64,000 nt of DNA from a virus (lineage: Duplodnaviria; Heunggongvirae; Uroviricota; Caudoviricetes), in the IMG/VR virus record IMGVR_UViG_3300010355_001317, positions 1 to 64,000 of that record; one strand, given 5' to 3'. This document shows positions 37,920-46,889 of the stretch, piece after piece. Positions within the stretch are counted from its first letter, which is position 1. Every line of letters starts with the position of its first letter. The notes beneath the pieces were generated by a model. The model was not told the origin of the DNA. It made no database searches and saw only the letters and a list, made by a program, of their open reading frames with translations. A program made the translations under genes and the position numbers.

Positions 37920-38155
37920 TGATATAATACCTTCTTATCATTAATCCACTTTTGTATACATTCAATACTAAATCCGTAATAGAGATTACCTCTGGAGAAA
38001 ACACCTGTACAGGACATACCATAAAATTTATACTGTAGATTACCGGAACCATATACTTGATTAAAAATACAAAGCATACCTAGCTCTACATTAGCATTTT
38101 GATAGTAATCACCTTCACCATGTTCCAGAAATATAAACTTACTTGGTACTTTCAT
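37916..38155 (-). CDS. small protein, family A-like
   Basis: N-terminal MKVPSKFIFLEHGEGD, tail IQKWINDKKVLYQ. Confidence 0.4.
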   Translation of the reverse strand: MKVPSKFIFLEHGEGDYYQNANVELGMLCIFNQVYGSGNLQYKFYGMSCTGVFSRGNLYYGFSIECIQKWINDKKVLYQ

Positions 38156-38402
38156 ATTGATATATTATTAAATAATTTAATTTATGATAGTTTTGTATTA
38201 TATCAAAGCTAAAGTGAAAATATTTATCACGTGATGGTACATTACCATAATGCATATCTTTATGTGTACAAAAGAAATTATATCTAGCACTATCACTGTG
38301 TAGACGAACATCAGTATTTAAATGACAGACCATACCTTTTTTTAACTGTGCACCCTGCATTGCAAAGTCTTTGCAACAAATAAATTTTAAAGGTATTATC
38401 AT
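38139..38402 (-). CDS. small protein, family A-like
   Basis: N-terminal MIIPLKFICCKDF. Confidence 0.4.
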   Translation of the reverse strand: MIIPLKFICCKDFAMQGAQLKKGMVCHLNTDVRLHSDSARYNFFCTHKDMHYGNVPSRDKYFHFSFDIIQNYHKLNYLIIYQYESTK

Positions 38403-38752
38403 TTTGCTTTAATTAATTCAACATCCCATTTCTCTACATCTGAAACAAGTATACGAATTACTTGATTAGACTTCTTATTTTTAATCTTCTTCTTTTTTAA
38501 CTTTTGTATCTGGTTTTCTTTGTTTATTACATCCCTACGAAGATAGTCTATATGAAAAGATTTCCATCTAGTTCCAAAAGGATAGAAAGTTTTCCAAACT
38601 TCTTCTGATTCATTCTTATAAAAAATAGAACCATCATTTTTAGCATACCTAAAGGTAGCATTCTTAGATTCAAGAAGAGAAATCTCTTCTTTTAATCCTT
38701 TAATTAATTTTTCAAGATAAGCAACCTCTTTTGATTTTTGAGAAGAAATCAT
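38399..38752 (-). CDS. hypothetical protein
   Basis: 117 aa. A 49-aa ORF upstream (38806..38952) may be a frameshifted N-terminal part. Confidence 0.4.
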   Translation of the reverse strand: MISSQKSKEVAYLEKLIKGLKEEISLLESKNATFRYAKNDGSIFYKNESEEVWKTFYPFGTRWKSFHIDYLRRDVINKENQIQKLKKKKIKNKKSNQVIRILVSDVEKWDVELIKAK

Positions 38753-38981
38753 TTTATTTAAAAGAGAACCATTTAAAACTTTAAAGGTAATACTAGAAGG
38801 ATATCAACCTCTATTTCTAATATAAACTTGACTTACCTCTAGAATAGAACCTTTAGGAATTTTTTTAAAAGAATGATCCCCATCTGATTTAGATATAGAT
38901 CCATCCTTTAATAGTTCTATTTTATCTTTTGGTTTAATAAAAGTTAATTTCATATTTATTACTCCTTTTTGAGGATGAAAT

Positions 38982-39209
38982 TTATGGCCTTACCCAAAAC
39001 TTATACCACTTGCGGGCATAATCTTCACAATTATTATTTTTGTTTCTCTCTTCTGGCTTAAATACTCTATACGCCCTAATCAATGATACCGGTGTGCGTC
39101 TAAATCCGTTTTGAATAATGCATTTAGTTTCTAATACGTATCCAAATGGATGATAATAAATTGTATAATGTTTACAATTTTTACAGTATTTATATTCCAT
39201 TGTTTCCAT
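38982..39209 (-). CDS. zinc-finger small protein
   Basis: CKNCKH ... C ... C. Confidence 0.35.
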   Translation of the reverse strand: METMEYKYCKNCKHYTIYYHPFGYVLETKCIIQNGFRRTPVSLIRAYRVFKPEERNKNNNCEDYARKWYKFWVRP

Positions 39210-39714
39210 CCTTTTTGAGGGTGAGCCATTCTACTAATTCTGGACATTGCCCACAACTCGGTTCTTCTTTTTTAAAAGCGCATTTACCACATTTCTTTCC
39301 AAGTATCTCTGCCGCCTTGCATCGGGCGGTCAACAGTCCGGCCTCATGTCCTGCTTTACGTGCAAAGTCTCCAAGTTCTTTAATTGCCGCATCTCGTTCC
39401 CTTGTTAGTCTCCCCACCTCTGCCTGTAGTTCATTGCATCGGGCGGTCAGGGTGTCGAATTTCGATTTCCATTCTTTTGCAACAATTTCGTATTGCAGTG
39501 CAGAATCTTTCCAACCTTTCGCCTCTTCTTGTAGCCTGTCACGGTCGGCTTTTAATTGCTCGTATTCCAAATCTCTTGTGTCAGTATCCGGCCTATGGTC
39601 TGGAGGAAAACTTACAGTAAACGTGTTTAAATTGTATCTGTTAGAACAAGACGAACAAACACCGTTAATGTCACCGGTTCCAAGTTCAGTTATTCCGCAA
39701 TACGGACATTTCAT
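39190..39714 (-). CDS. zinc-ribbon / coiled-coil protein (GC-rich islet gene 1)
   Basis: N-terminal CPYCG...CSSC, central coiled coil, C-terminal CGKC...CGQC. Preceded by the repeated leader AAAGCGGTAAAGGAGGGAAGGG-ATG. Confidence 0.55.
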   Translation of the reverse strand: MKCPYCGITELGTGDINGVCSSCSNRYNLNTFTVSFPPDHRPDTDTRDLEYEQLKADRDRLQEEAKGWKDSALQYEIVAKEWKSKFDTLTARCNELQAEVGRLTRERDAAIKELGDFARKAGHEAGLLTARCKAAEILGKKCGKCAFKKEEPSCGQCPELVEWLTLKKDGNNGI

Positions 39715-39745
39715 CCCTTCCCTCCTTTACCGCTTTGTTAAATCA
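39715..39745 (-). promoter_or_regulatory. repeated 5-prime leader / strong SD, copy 1
   Basis: minus strand AACAAAGCGGTAAAGGAGGGAAGGGATGAAATG. Confidence 0.4.
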
Positions 39746-39825
39746 TAAATATTGCTAGATAACTTATTGCAACACCAACGCAGAGCAGAATTATGTTGAA
39801 TAAAATATCAAAAAACGCTTCTATC

Positions 39826-39852
39826 ATATCCCTTCCCCTTTTACCGCCTTGT
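39826..39852 (-). promoter_or_regulatory. repeated 5-prime leader / strong SD, copy 2 (precedes a 29-codon hydrophobic ORF)
   Basis: minus strand AACAAGGCGGTAAAAGGGGAAGGGATATG. Confidence 0.4.
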
Positions 39853-39854
39853 TG

Positions 39855-40058
39855 TTATGCTCGCAACATTTTTGTTTCGTACGATCTGAACTCACCACGC
39901 AATTCAATATCACCGTTGTCATAAATATTCATTTCGAAAGTATCATCATCAAAAGAAATATCACCCCCATCACGGAATGTGTTTATTTCCTTTGTAAGTA
40001 ATTCAAAATCTGATAAATTCATCGATCTAACAACTTGTGGTTCTTTTTTGTTTTTCAT
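39855..40058 (-). CDS. hypothetical acidic protein (GC-rich islet gene 2)
   Basis: 67 aa, preceded by leader copy 3. Confidence 0.45.
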   Translation of the reverse strand: MKNKKEPQVVRSMNLSDFELLTKEINTFRDGGDISFDDDTFEMNIYDNGDIELRGEFRSYETKMLRA

Positions 40059-40387
40059 TCCCCTTCTCCTTTTACCGCCGCTTCGTAGGCGGCGATGGCG
40101 AGTTGATGTTCTTTAAGCAATAAGCATTTCTCGCAACACTCCACTCCATCTTCAACTTCAACACAGCAATAACAACCGTCCCGCAGTTCCTCCCCCGCCC
40201 TGAACCGGGCAACGGCGAGGGTGTGGAGAGGTTTATAATCTATATTATCAATATCTTCATCAGAAGAATAATCACCATCAAGTACCCACTTCAATGCATT
40301 TATTCTTGTAAGGTAATCATGTTCATCTGAAAAATCTAAATCAGATAATCTATTTATTTCTTTAATTATCTCAGATTTTGATTTCAT
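40055..40387 (-). CDS. cysteine-rich protein (GC-rich islet gene 3)
   Basis: CYCCVEVEDGVECCEKC. Confidence 0.45.
   Translation of the reverse strand: MKSKSEIIKEINRLSDLDFSDEHDYLTRINALKWVLDGDYSSDEDIDNIDYKPLHTLAVARFRAGEELRDGCYCCVEVEDGVECCEKCLLLKEHQLAIAAYEAAVKGEGE
40058..40085 (-). promoter_or_regulatory. repeated 5-prime leader / strong SD, copy 3 (overlaps the upstream gene's C-terminus)
   Basis: minus strand GCGGCGGTAAAAGGAGAAGGGGAATG. This sequence also encodes ...AAVKGEGE-stop of 40055..40387. Confidence 0.4.
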
Positions 40388-40581
40388 TTCTTTCTCCTCC
40401 TATTATCCTGTTTTTGCTTTAAGGTGATTACTAATCTTGAGCTCCAGGAGAAAAATGTTATTTCTAAATAAGGTCTATATACTGTAAAAGTTACTATATT
40501 TATAATACAACAAAATATTTGAATAAAAGAATTTATCCAGCAAAAGAATCTATGTAAAACTAAAAGTGTAAAATTATTCAT
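40384..40581 (-). CDS. small membrane protein
   Basis: 65 aa, hydrophobic. Confidence 0.35.
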   Translation of the reverse strand: MNNFTLLVLHRFFCWINSFIQIFCCIINIVTFTVYRPYLEITFFSWSSRLVITLKQKQDNRRRKK

Positions 40582-40761
40582 TATCTTCCTTTTATAATTG
40601 CTTCCAATAAAATATCAAAATAAAAATTGATGCCAAAAGAATACCTGTAATTAAACCAATCATTGGATTATTAGTTTTAATTGCAGAGATTATTGCAACA
40701 ATAGTTGGAACAAATATACTTATATAGAACTTAATAATATACCAATTATTTTTTATCCAGT

Positions 40762-40962
40762 TCATGATTGATGTGTTTTTCCTTTGCTATCTGCAAACTG
40801 AAAACTAAGTCTTTGAGAATGAAACTTTTGTTCTCTTCCTTGCATACCTTCTGTCCAAACATGCTTGCATTGTTTACAACGATACGCTCTTCTACCATCG
40901 AAGGCTCTACCTTTATCCAACTTGTCACAAAAGCAAGAAGGGCATTTTCTTTTATTTTTCAT
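40762..40962 (-). CDS. zinc-ribbon small protein
   Basis: CPSCFC ... CKQCKH. Overlapping alternatives 40746..40928 and 40768..40980 are less plausible. Confidence 0.4.
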   Translation of the reverse strand: MKNKRKCPSCFCDKLDKGRAFDGRRAYRCKQCKHVWTEGMQGREQKFHSQRLSFQFADSKGKTHQS

Positions 40963-41299
40963 ATGTTTGTTTCCAAATAGATCTTAAATATCTGAATATA
41001 ATGTGAATTATTTTTGCTATTATAACAATACATGTACCTAATAAAATATCTATTAGACCTATAAGACAAAGTAATTTAATATCAAAGGTAGAATATTGGA
41101 AAATCTCAATTAGCATTACATAGTCTTTTTCAAATAAAGACCAATGTATATATCCCACAAGTAGACTTAATAAAAATGCTATTGTTATTGAAAGTGCCGA
41201 AATAATAGATATAATAGAAATTCTCAGAAGAAAATTTCCCATACTCTTTAGAAAACTTTTTCCTAATTCTATTATAAAATCTTTTATATGCTTAAGCAT
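40952..41299 (-). CDS. membrane protein
   Basis: 3 TM helices. Confidence 0.4.
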   Translation of the reverse strand: MLKHIKDFIIELGKSFLKSMGNFLLRISIISIISALSITIAFLLSLLVGYIHWSLFEKDYVMLIEIFQYSTFDIKLLCLIGLIDILLGTCIVIIAKIIHIIFRYLRSIWKQTYEK

Positions 41300-41302
41300 A
41301 AG

Positions 41303-41563
41303 CTAGAACCTCAAAATAAATTTATTGTCTTCCCAATATTTTAAAAGATTTGCTGTAAAAGGAATGTTTAATATATGTCTATCTGTATCACAAACATATC
41401 TAATGTCACTTCCTGGTGAAGCAAAATTTAAAACCCATTCCCTAGTGAATACTAATCCTTTAGTAAAAGAAATAGATTGATGATATCCCCTGGTATATGG
41501 AAGAACAGAAATAGTATCTGTAACTGTCATGATAAATCTATTCGGTTCTGTTCTAGCAATCAT
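41303..41563 (-). CDS. hypothetical protein
   Basis: 86 aa. Confidence 0.4.
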   Translation of the reverse strand: MIARTEPNRFIMTVTDTISVLPYTRGYHQSISFTKGLVFTREWVLNFASPGSDIRYVCDTDRHILNIPFTANLLKYWEDNKFILRF

Positions 41564-41590
41564 ATGCTCAGGGTAGATAGTCCATTCATA

Positions 41591-41785
41591 CTAATCTGAT
41601 TCTTTAGATGCATTTTTCACTATTACGCATTTAGCATTATCTTTTACTTCCAAACTCATTCCGAATAGATAATCCATGTGTCCTTGCGCATTCCAATGAT
41701 GATCATATTTAGTATCTGGTGAATCACTACCAAATTTCTGAATAAATTCATGTTTACTTAATATTCTATACTTTATTAATTCCAT
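41591..41785 (-). CDS. small protein, family C (HWNxxGxMDYLFG), lacking the IILNQ tail
   Basis: DHHWNAQGHMDYLFG. Confidence 0.45.
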   Translation of the reverse strand: MELIKYRILSKHEFIQKFGSDSPDTKYDHHWNAQGHMDYLFGMSLEVKDNAKCVIVKNASKESD

Positions 41786-42117
41786 TCTACGCCTACTGAA
41801 TATTTATCTTTGATTTGAAGCAGTGTTTTATTTTTTATAAGTGAAAAAAAATCTTCAAGACGCATTTCTTTACTACTAGTCCCTCTAACTCCTCCTGAAA
41901 CCATAATTATTCTATCAGATAAAAAAGATACTATAGGATAGAGTGATACTGTATAACCCACCCAAGTAGGATTATATTCAATATAATCTTCTAAGGAAGT
42001 TAGTTGTCTAAAAGATTCTTTATCTGGAAAAACAAAAGCTAAGATTTCTCCTTTGTTTAGCTCATTAGTAGATTTTAATACTATATATATTCTTATGTTT
42101 TTATAATATGTTATCAT
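41776..42117 (-). CDS. small protein, family A-like
   Basis: tail FFSLIKNKTLLQIKDK. Confidence 0.4.
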   Translation of the reverse strand: MITYYKNIRIYIVLKSTNELNKGEILAFVFPDKESFRQLTSLEDYIEYNPTWVGYTVSLYPIVSFLSDRIIMVSGGVRGTSSKEMRLEDFFSLIKNKTLLQIKDKYSVGVEWN

Positions 42118-42119
42118 TT

Positions 42120-42437
42120 CTACTTTTGAATATCACAAGTTAATATACAATCTTTTATTATCATAAGTTTATGTTGTTCCAGTAATTTAAAAAATTGATT
42201 TACTAATACAGCAGTAGTTTTGCTTTCTACTGTCGCAGTATTTTTAGTAAGATTAGTAATCTTATATAAACCTAACACTGAATCACAATCTAAGTTAGCA
42301 TTATTATCAAGAAATAATTGCATAGAATTAAGCGAATTTACGTCTTCAGAACTACTCAGTATATATAAATACAAATATCCTTTATCAAAAATAATATTGG
42401 ATTCTGTTGCTATATACATTCTAACTCTATAATTCAT
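42120..42437 (-). CDS. small protein, family A-like
   Basis: tail FFKLLEQHKLMIIKDC. Confidence 0.4.
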   Translation of the reverse strand: MNYRVRMYIATESNIIFDKGYLYLYILSSSEDVNSLNSMQLFLDNNANLDCDSVLGLYKITNLTKNTATVESKTTAVLVNQFFKLLEQHKLMIIKDCILTCDIQK

Positions 42438-42706
42438 TGTAATTCAATCCCATCTTTAGTAATTATTTCTATAACATTATGATTCTTTAACATATGAAAT
42501 TGAGGATAAGAAAAGAATCTAGAATTATTATCTTCGTCAATGCAGAAGTAACCTTTCTTGATTTTTCCATCAGATTTATTTACAATATCCTTTGCCATTA
42601 TTGTATAATTCATCTGTCTGTTTTTAGAAGTTGCCAGTAATCTAAATCTATCACCTACCTTCATGTTATCCTCCATTACTTTATAGTAGATATGGATCGG
42701 GATCAA
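42434..42706 (-). CDS. small protein, family A-like
   Basis: tail MLKNHNVIEIITKD. Confidence 0.4.
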   Translation of the reverse strand: MIPIHIYYKVMEDNMKVGDRFRLLATSKNRQMNYTIMAKDIVNKSDGKIKKGYFCIDEDNNSRFFSYPQFHMLKNHNVIEIITKDGIELQ

Positions 42707-43052
42707 TGTCTTTGATTTTTAAAAGAATTCTTCGTTTAATAAGATCAAAAAGTATAAATAATGTTAAATCTATTGAAAAACACATTGATCTAGATTTTTT
42801 TAAACCAGATACACAAAAGAGAGTAATAGTATCAGTATCTCGACCATATGCTTGACTATGTTTTCTGTATAGATCAATAGAATTCAATGCTATTAAATCA
42901 TCGCTTGTTCTAAAGCAAAAGATTTGACCTTTTTTAATTTCTTTAGAAAGATAGTCTTCAGTCGCTATGTAATATCTAGCTTTCATTTTACCACCAGTGT
43001 TTAATAAGTATGGTCTCTTGAAAATCAGCTCCATTATCAAGAAGCCAATCAT
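42681..43052 (-). CDS. small protein, family A-like
   Basis: tail FDLIKRRILLKIKD. Confidence 0.4.
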   Translation of the reverse strand: MIGFLIMELIFKRPYLLNTGGKMKARYYIATEDYLSKEIKKGQIFCFRTSDDLIALNSIDLYRKHSQAYGRDTDTITLFCVSGLKKSRSMCFSIDLTLFILFDLIKRRILLKIKDIDPDPYLL

Positions 43053-43305
43053 TTACTATATTATAACCTTTTACTATACTTACCATAGTTCCATTGGAAA
43101 GACGACCTTTATGCGTGACAATACCATGAGTTACTTCATCAGATAGAATAGCACAATAATGATCTGAAGTATTCCACTCAACAAAACTATCGTTAGAAGT
43201 ATTCCAATCACCTGCATAACAAAAGAATCTTTTTCTAACGTCATCTGGCATATCCTGACAATCAAAAACTTTCATTATCTTAAATATTCTTGAATGTGTA
43301 GTCAT
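42988..43305 (-). CDS. hypothetical protein
   Basis: 105 aa. Confidence 0.4.
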   Translation of the reverse strand: MTTHSRIFKIMKVFDCQDMPDDVRKRFFCYAGDWNTSNDSFVEWNTSDHYCAILSDEVTHGIVTHKGRLSNGTMVSIVKGYNIVNDWLLDNGADFQETILIKHWW

Positions 43306-43336
43306 GTAACGTTCCTTTAAATTAAATAGTTAATGA

Positions 43337-43369
43337 AAAACCCTTTATATAAATAAAGGGTTTTTGTGC
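43337..43369. terminator. bidirectional intrinsic terminator hairpin
   Basis: Perfect palindrome AAAACCCTTTAT-ATAA-ATAAAGGGTTTTT flanked by A/T runs. Confidence 0.55.
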
Positions 43370-43379
43370 TTAAGTATTT

Positions 43380-43700
43380 AATTAATTACGTCTTAGAGAA
43401 AAACTATTATATCTCCACTTACTTTAAAATCAATATCCCCGAGACCAGCGCCAGATCCATCAAGAGTGTATACAACTTCAGGAGTAACGATACTTGTAGT
43501 AAGCTTTGTAGATTTATCCTTTACTATATTACTTGCTTTTGGTAGAGTACGGGGTTCTACTTATATACTTTTACACCAATCCCACTATATATGCATTCGG
43601 CGGGCGATCAGTTTTTTCTTCCTTTCGGTGTCATCTGATTCATAAGCAAGGCTGTTATAAAAGTTTGTATCTTTTAGTATATACCTTATTTTATAATCCT
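43380..43700 (-). pseudogene. decayed gene remnant (stop-interrupted, start-less)
   Basis: The 51-codon frame ...VEPRTLPKASNIVKDKSTKLTTSIVTPEVVYTLDGSGAGLGDIDFKVSGDIIVFL has no start codon and in-frame TAG/TAA upstream. Locally GC-richer. Confidence 0.3.
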
Positions 43701-43751
43701 ACACGTTATAGCGAAGTATTTATCGCTCCCCGGATGAATATATTAAGAAAA

Positions 43752-43778
43752 AAGCTCTCTATTTCTAAAGAGCTTTTG
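43752..43778. terminator. terminator hairpin
   Basis: AAGCTCTCTATTTCTAAAGAGCTT stem-loop followed by a T-run. Confidence 0.45.
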
Positions 43779-43796
43779 TTCTTAAAGATTTAAGAA

Positions 43797-44258
43797 TTAA
43801 AGTTGAATCCATTCTGAATCTAGAATTGGATTCTCACCTTTTCCATCATATCTGTCATATTGTATTTGATTCCCTACTAGTTTAACATAACAGTAGCAAA
43901 ATTTATATGATCGTTCAGTTGTTATAATAAAAGGTTCCATTCCTTTTATATCATCTTTGTCATGATTTAGTATACCGATATACTTAATTGATTCGATACT
44001 TGAATCTTTTAAAGATACAACCTTAAAAATAGTAATAGTTGAATTTTCCCAAGATTCTGCACATACTATTTTTTTCCAGTATATCTTTGTCTCATATACA
44101 GGACAAACTGTAGGATCAGGACAAACAGGACACACAGGACAATTCTTACTATCCACTGCAATAGGAAGAAGAGAGGCTTTATCTCCTGCATCGTTAATAG
44201 GATCACATCCTACTATGAACAGAGAGATAAGAATAAAACTAAAAATAAATTTCTTCAT
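43797..44258 (-). CDS. lipoprotein with CPV repeat
   Basis: lipobox LFIVGCD, CPVCPVCPDPTVCPV. Confidence 0.5.
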   Translation of the reverse strand: MKKFIFSFILISLFIVGCDPINDAGDKASLLPIAVDSKNCPVCPVCPDPTVCPVYETKIYWKKIVCAESWENSTITIFKVVSLKDSSIESIKYIGILNHDKDDIKGMEPFIITTERSYKFCYCYVKLVGNQIQYDRYDGKGENPILDSEWIQL

Positions 44259-44275
44259 ACTATCTCCTTAGGTAA

Positions 44276-44737
44276 TTAAAACTTGAATCCGAACATGACT
44301 TTTCCACCATACATATTAAATGTACGATTAGGAAATGTTCCATAAACAGCATGAACATACAGAGCACCAACACCAAGACTAAACTTAGGTGTAAGTTCTC
44401 TAACATAAGAAATACCTAATCCTGGTGCTACTACTGAACGATGAGTTCCCTGATGATACATTAAATAGAACATCGGCTCCAGAAAAATAGTATTTAGCTT
44501 TTGCTTTGGACAAAGAACTTTTTCAGGTTCAATATCTTTAATCTTTTGAGGAATAGGCACAGGCTTCTTTTTGACCGGAACCTGTTTAGTTGAAGTAGGA
44601 GCCTTATCGACCAGCATATCTACCTTTTCCCAATCCTTGCATTTCCAGGTAGATACTTTTTCTTTTTCTGCAAATAGTACTGAAGTACTGAACAGAAAAA
44701 GGAGTGCAAAAATCACACTACTAAACTTCATATACAC
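44276..44737 (-). CDS. secreted outer-membrane beta-barrel-like protein
   Basis: Signal peptide, alternating hydrophobic beta-strand pattern, and a C-terminal ...GFKF aromatic terminus. Confidence 0.45.
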   Translation of the reverse strand: MYMKFSSVIFALLFLFSTSVLFAEKEKVSTWKCKDWEKVDMLVDKAPTSTKQVPVKKKPVPIPQKIKDIEPEKVLCPKQKLNTIFLEPMFYLMYHQGTHRSVVAPGLGISYVRELTPKFSLGVGALYVHAVYGTFPNRTFNMYGGKVMFGFKF

Positions 44738-44753
44738 TCTCCTGTATTTAATA

Positions 44754-46550
44754 TTAAGCTACGCCTTTCAAACTCTTCTTAGCGTGATCTCTTACAACTC
44801 GCAGAATGTCTTTAGATAAAACTATCGGCATTCTTTCCATTTGTTCTGAATCATATTCGATATAATAATCTACTGAATCTTTAAAAGTATTACCACCTCC
44901 ATCTAATTCAACATAAAGAATCTTAACACCAAACTCTCTGTAACGTTGTAAAGCTGCTTTAGTCTGTCGCACATCATTAGGCTGACCATCTGTTACAACT
45001 ACTAAAAACTTAGATCCTTTTCTAGAAAGAAGTTTCGGTAATTCTAATTGAAGAACTTTTCCTGTAGGTGTGCCTCCTTGATCATTCATAAGATCTGATA
45101 ATGTATCAAAGTGAGCCGATTTATCATCATAATCCCTTGCAACAATAGTTCGATTAGTAAAGTAAACTAATCTTGCTTTAATGTTGTTCCTGACAGCACA
45201 AGCTTTATCGATAATGATTGACATATCGAGAACCTTACGCATTTGTGCATGTGACATGGATCCAGAATTATCAAATACACAAAGTACATTTAATCCTTCA
45301 GCAATTGCTTTTCTGGTATCTTGATAAATGGTTCTGTCTTTTCCACCGAACTTTGCTTTGTAAAGAAATTCTGGATCTATTTCTCCTTCATCTGTTTCTG
45401 TGTAGACCTTATGAGAAGGAGCTCTCCATCCACCACAGAACATTCTATTGAAAGCAGATACCGCATTACCATATTGGCGGAGAACTTTTGCTATCTCAGA
45501 AAGAGAAAGACTATTTTTCTTTCTATCTTCATATTGAACATCACCACCACCCGCACCACTATGCTGCATAGCTTCCTTTAAAGCTTCTTCTACTTCTTTG
45601 CCTTGCAGTGGACCTACATCTTCACTTTTGTAAGCAGATTTGTTTCCGATAGATTCAGATTCTCCTTTCTTACCCTTCTTACCTTTTCCTTCTTTACCTT
45701 CTCCACTTTCACCAGTTTGAGGAGAATCTGTGCTTTGACCTTGATCACTATCTGCCTGATCCTGATGATCATTAAGATCCTGTGCTTCTTGCGGAAAGAT
45801 TTTCTTAAACATATCAAGAAATTCTTTTGTTATTTTAATCGTCCACTTCGGATTGTTGTAACCATAATGCTTATTTGCAGCAATGATAGGGGCAAAGTTT
45901 GTATCATATGCTTCTTTAACCTCAGGCTCGTTAATTATGTGGCTAAATCCAATAAGATCGAGCTGCGATTTAAGTAACAACCTTCCGAAAAGATAATAAG
46001 CCTTATCAAACTTCTTCTTTTCTTCAGGAGTATCAGGATCTAATCTTCTTGTAGTTCCTGTCTGTCCATAAACAAGCTTTCTGAAGTTTTTAAATGAAAC
46101 AGGAAGAAGTCTTTTAAGAGTGGAAGATTGCATTCTTTTTCTTTCAAGCTCCCATTCTATTCTAATATCTTCGAAGCCATTCATAGCATTCAGTTTAAGC
46201 CAGTCTTTCTTGTCGCAAGCATTCTTTTGTTCGATATTGAGAACAGGATGCGGAAAAGTATATGCAACGTGGCCTGCTTCGTGTGCAGCAAACATCTTCA
46301 ACTTTTCAAAGAACTCATGGCTCATGTTCTTTATGATAGGAAGATGTATGTCGCATCTGCCTTGTAGATAATTATGGTGCTGTTGCGTATCAAAATCCTG
46401 TTTAGTAGGATAGTATTGTGCACAAGGATATTTACCTACTTTAATAGCTACTCTAGAAGCAGCTTGGCGATCAATAATATCGCCAATGATTATTGTTAAA
46501 TAATCTATTACCTCATCTTCAAAAGTATACGGTTTTATGTATTGTTTCAT
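44754..46550 (-). CDS. vWA-domain protein, CobT-like (partner of the MoxR-type ATPase), with N-terminal HExxH
   Basis: MIDAS CVFDNSGSMS and LVVVTDGQPND. Acidic low-complexity middle region. AAHEAGHVAY. 598 aa. Confidence 0.7.
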   Translation of the reverse strand: MKQYIKPYTFEDEVIDYLTIIIGDIIDRQAASRVAIKVGKYPCAQYYPTKQDFDTQQHHNYLQGRCDIHLPIIKNMSHEFFEKLKMFAAHEAGHVAYTFPHPVLNIEQKNACDKKDWLKLNAMNGFEDIRIEWELERKRMQSSTLKRLLPVSFKNFRKLVYGQTGTTRRLDPDTPEEKKKFDKAYYLFGRLLLKSQLDLIGFSHIINEPEVKEAYDTNFAPIIAANKHYGYNNPKWTIKITKEFLDMFKKIFPQEAQDLNDHQDQADSDQGQSTDSPQTGESGEGKEGKGKKGKKGESESIGNKSAYKSEDVGPLQGKEVEEALKEAMQHSGAGGGDVQYEDRKKNSLSLSEIAKVLRQYGNAVSAFNRMFCGGWRAPSHKVYTETDEGEIDPEFLYKAKFGGKDRTIYQDTRKAIAEGLNVLCVFDNSGSMSHAQMRKVLDMSIIIDKACAVRNNIKARLVYFTNRTIVARDYDDKSAHFDTLSDLMNDQGGTPTGKVLQLELPKLLSRKGSKFLVVVTDGQPNDVRQTKAALQRYREFGVKILYVELDGGGNTFKDSVDYYIEYDSEQMERMPIVLSKDILRVVRDHAKKSLKGVA

Positions 46551-46573
46551 TCCAGTCTCCTATATTTATTTAA

Positions 46574-46831
46574 TTATGGAATAATCCATTCTTCTCTTAC
46601 ATAAATTATAAAATCTTTTAATTTACAATAAAAATATTTATACCTTGCTCTATCACCTTTCATTTTAAATACAACGTGTTGTGTATGTGTTTTGTCTTTT
46701 GGAAAATAGACAATATTTAATACAACTCCCTTTTTAGGATAATAAGAATTATAATGTAGTTTATAATCTACTTGCATGTGAGCTGCAGTACCTATAACTT
46801 TTTCTTGATTAATTATATATCTTAATTGCAT
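46574..46831 (-). CDS. hypothetical protein
   Basis: 85 aa. Confidence 0.4.
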   Translation of the reverse strand: MQLRYIINQEKVIGTAAHMQVDYKLHYNSYYPKKGVVLNIVYFPKDKTHTQHVVFKMKGDRARYKYFYCKLKDFIIYVREEWIIP

Positions 46832-46889
46832 TGTATACCTAGAAAGCAGGGGAGGACAATAATTGTCCCCCCCTGTTAATACTTACGAC

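Noticed and set aside
39146-39748. 200-aa plus-strand ORF in the GC-rich islet
   Set aside because: It is Ser/Leu/Pro-rich, typical of an antisense frame in GC-rich DNA. The minus-strand gene has zinc ribbons, a coiled coil and a strong SD leader.
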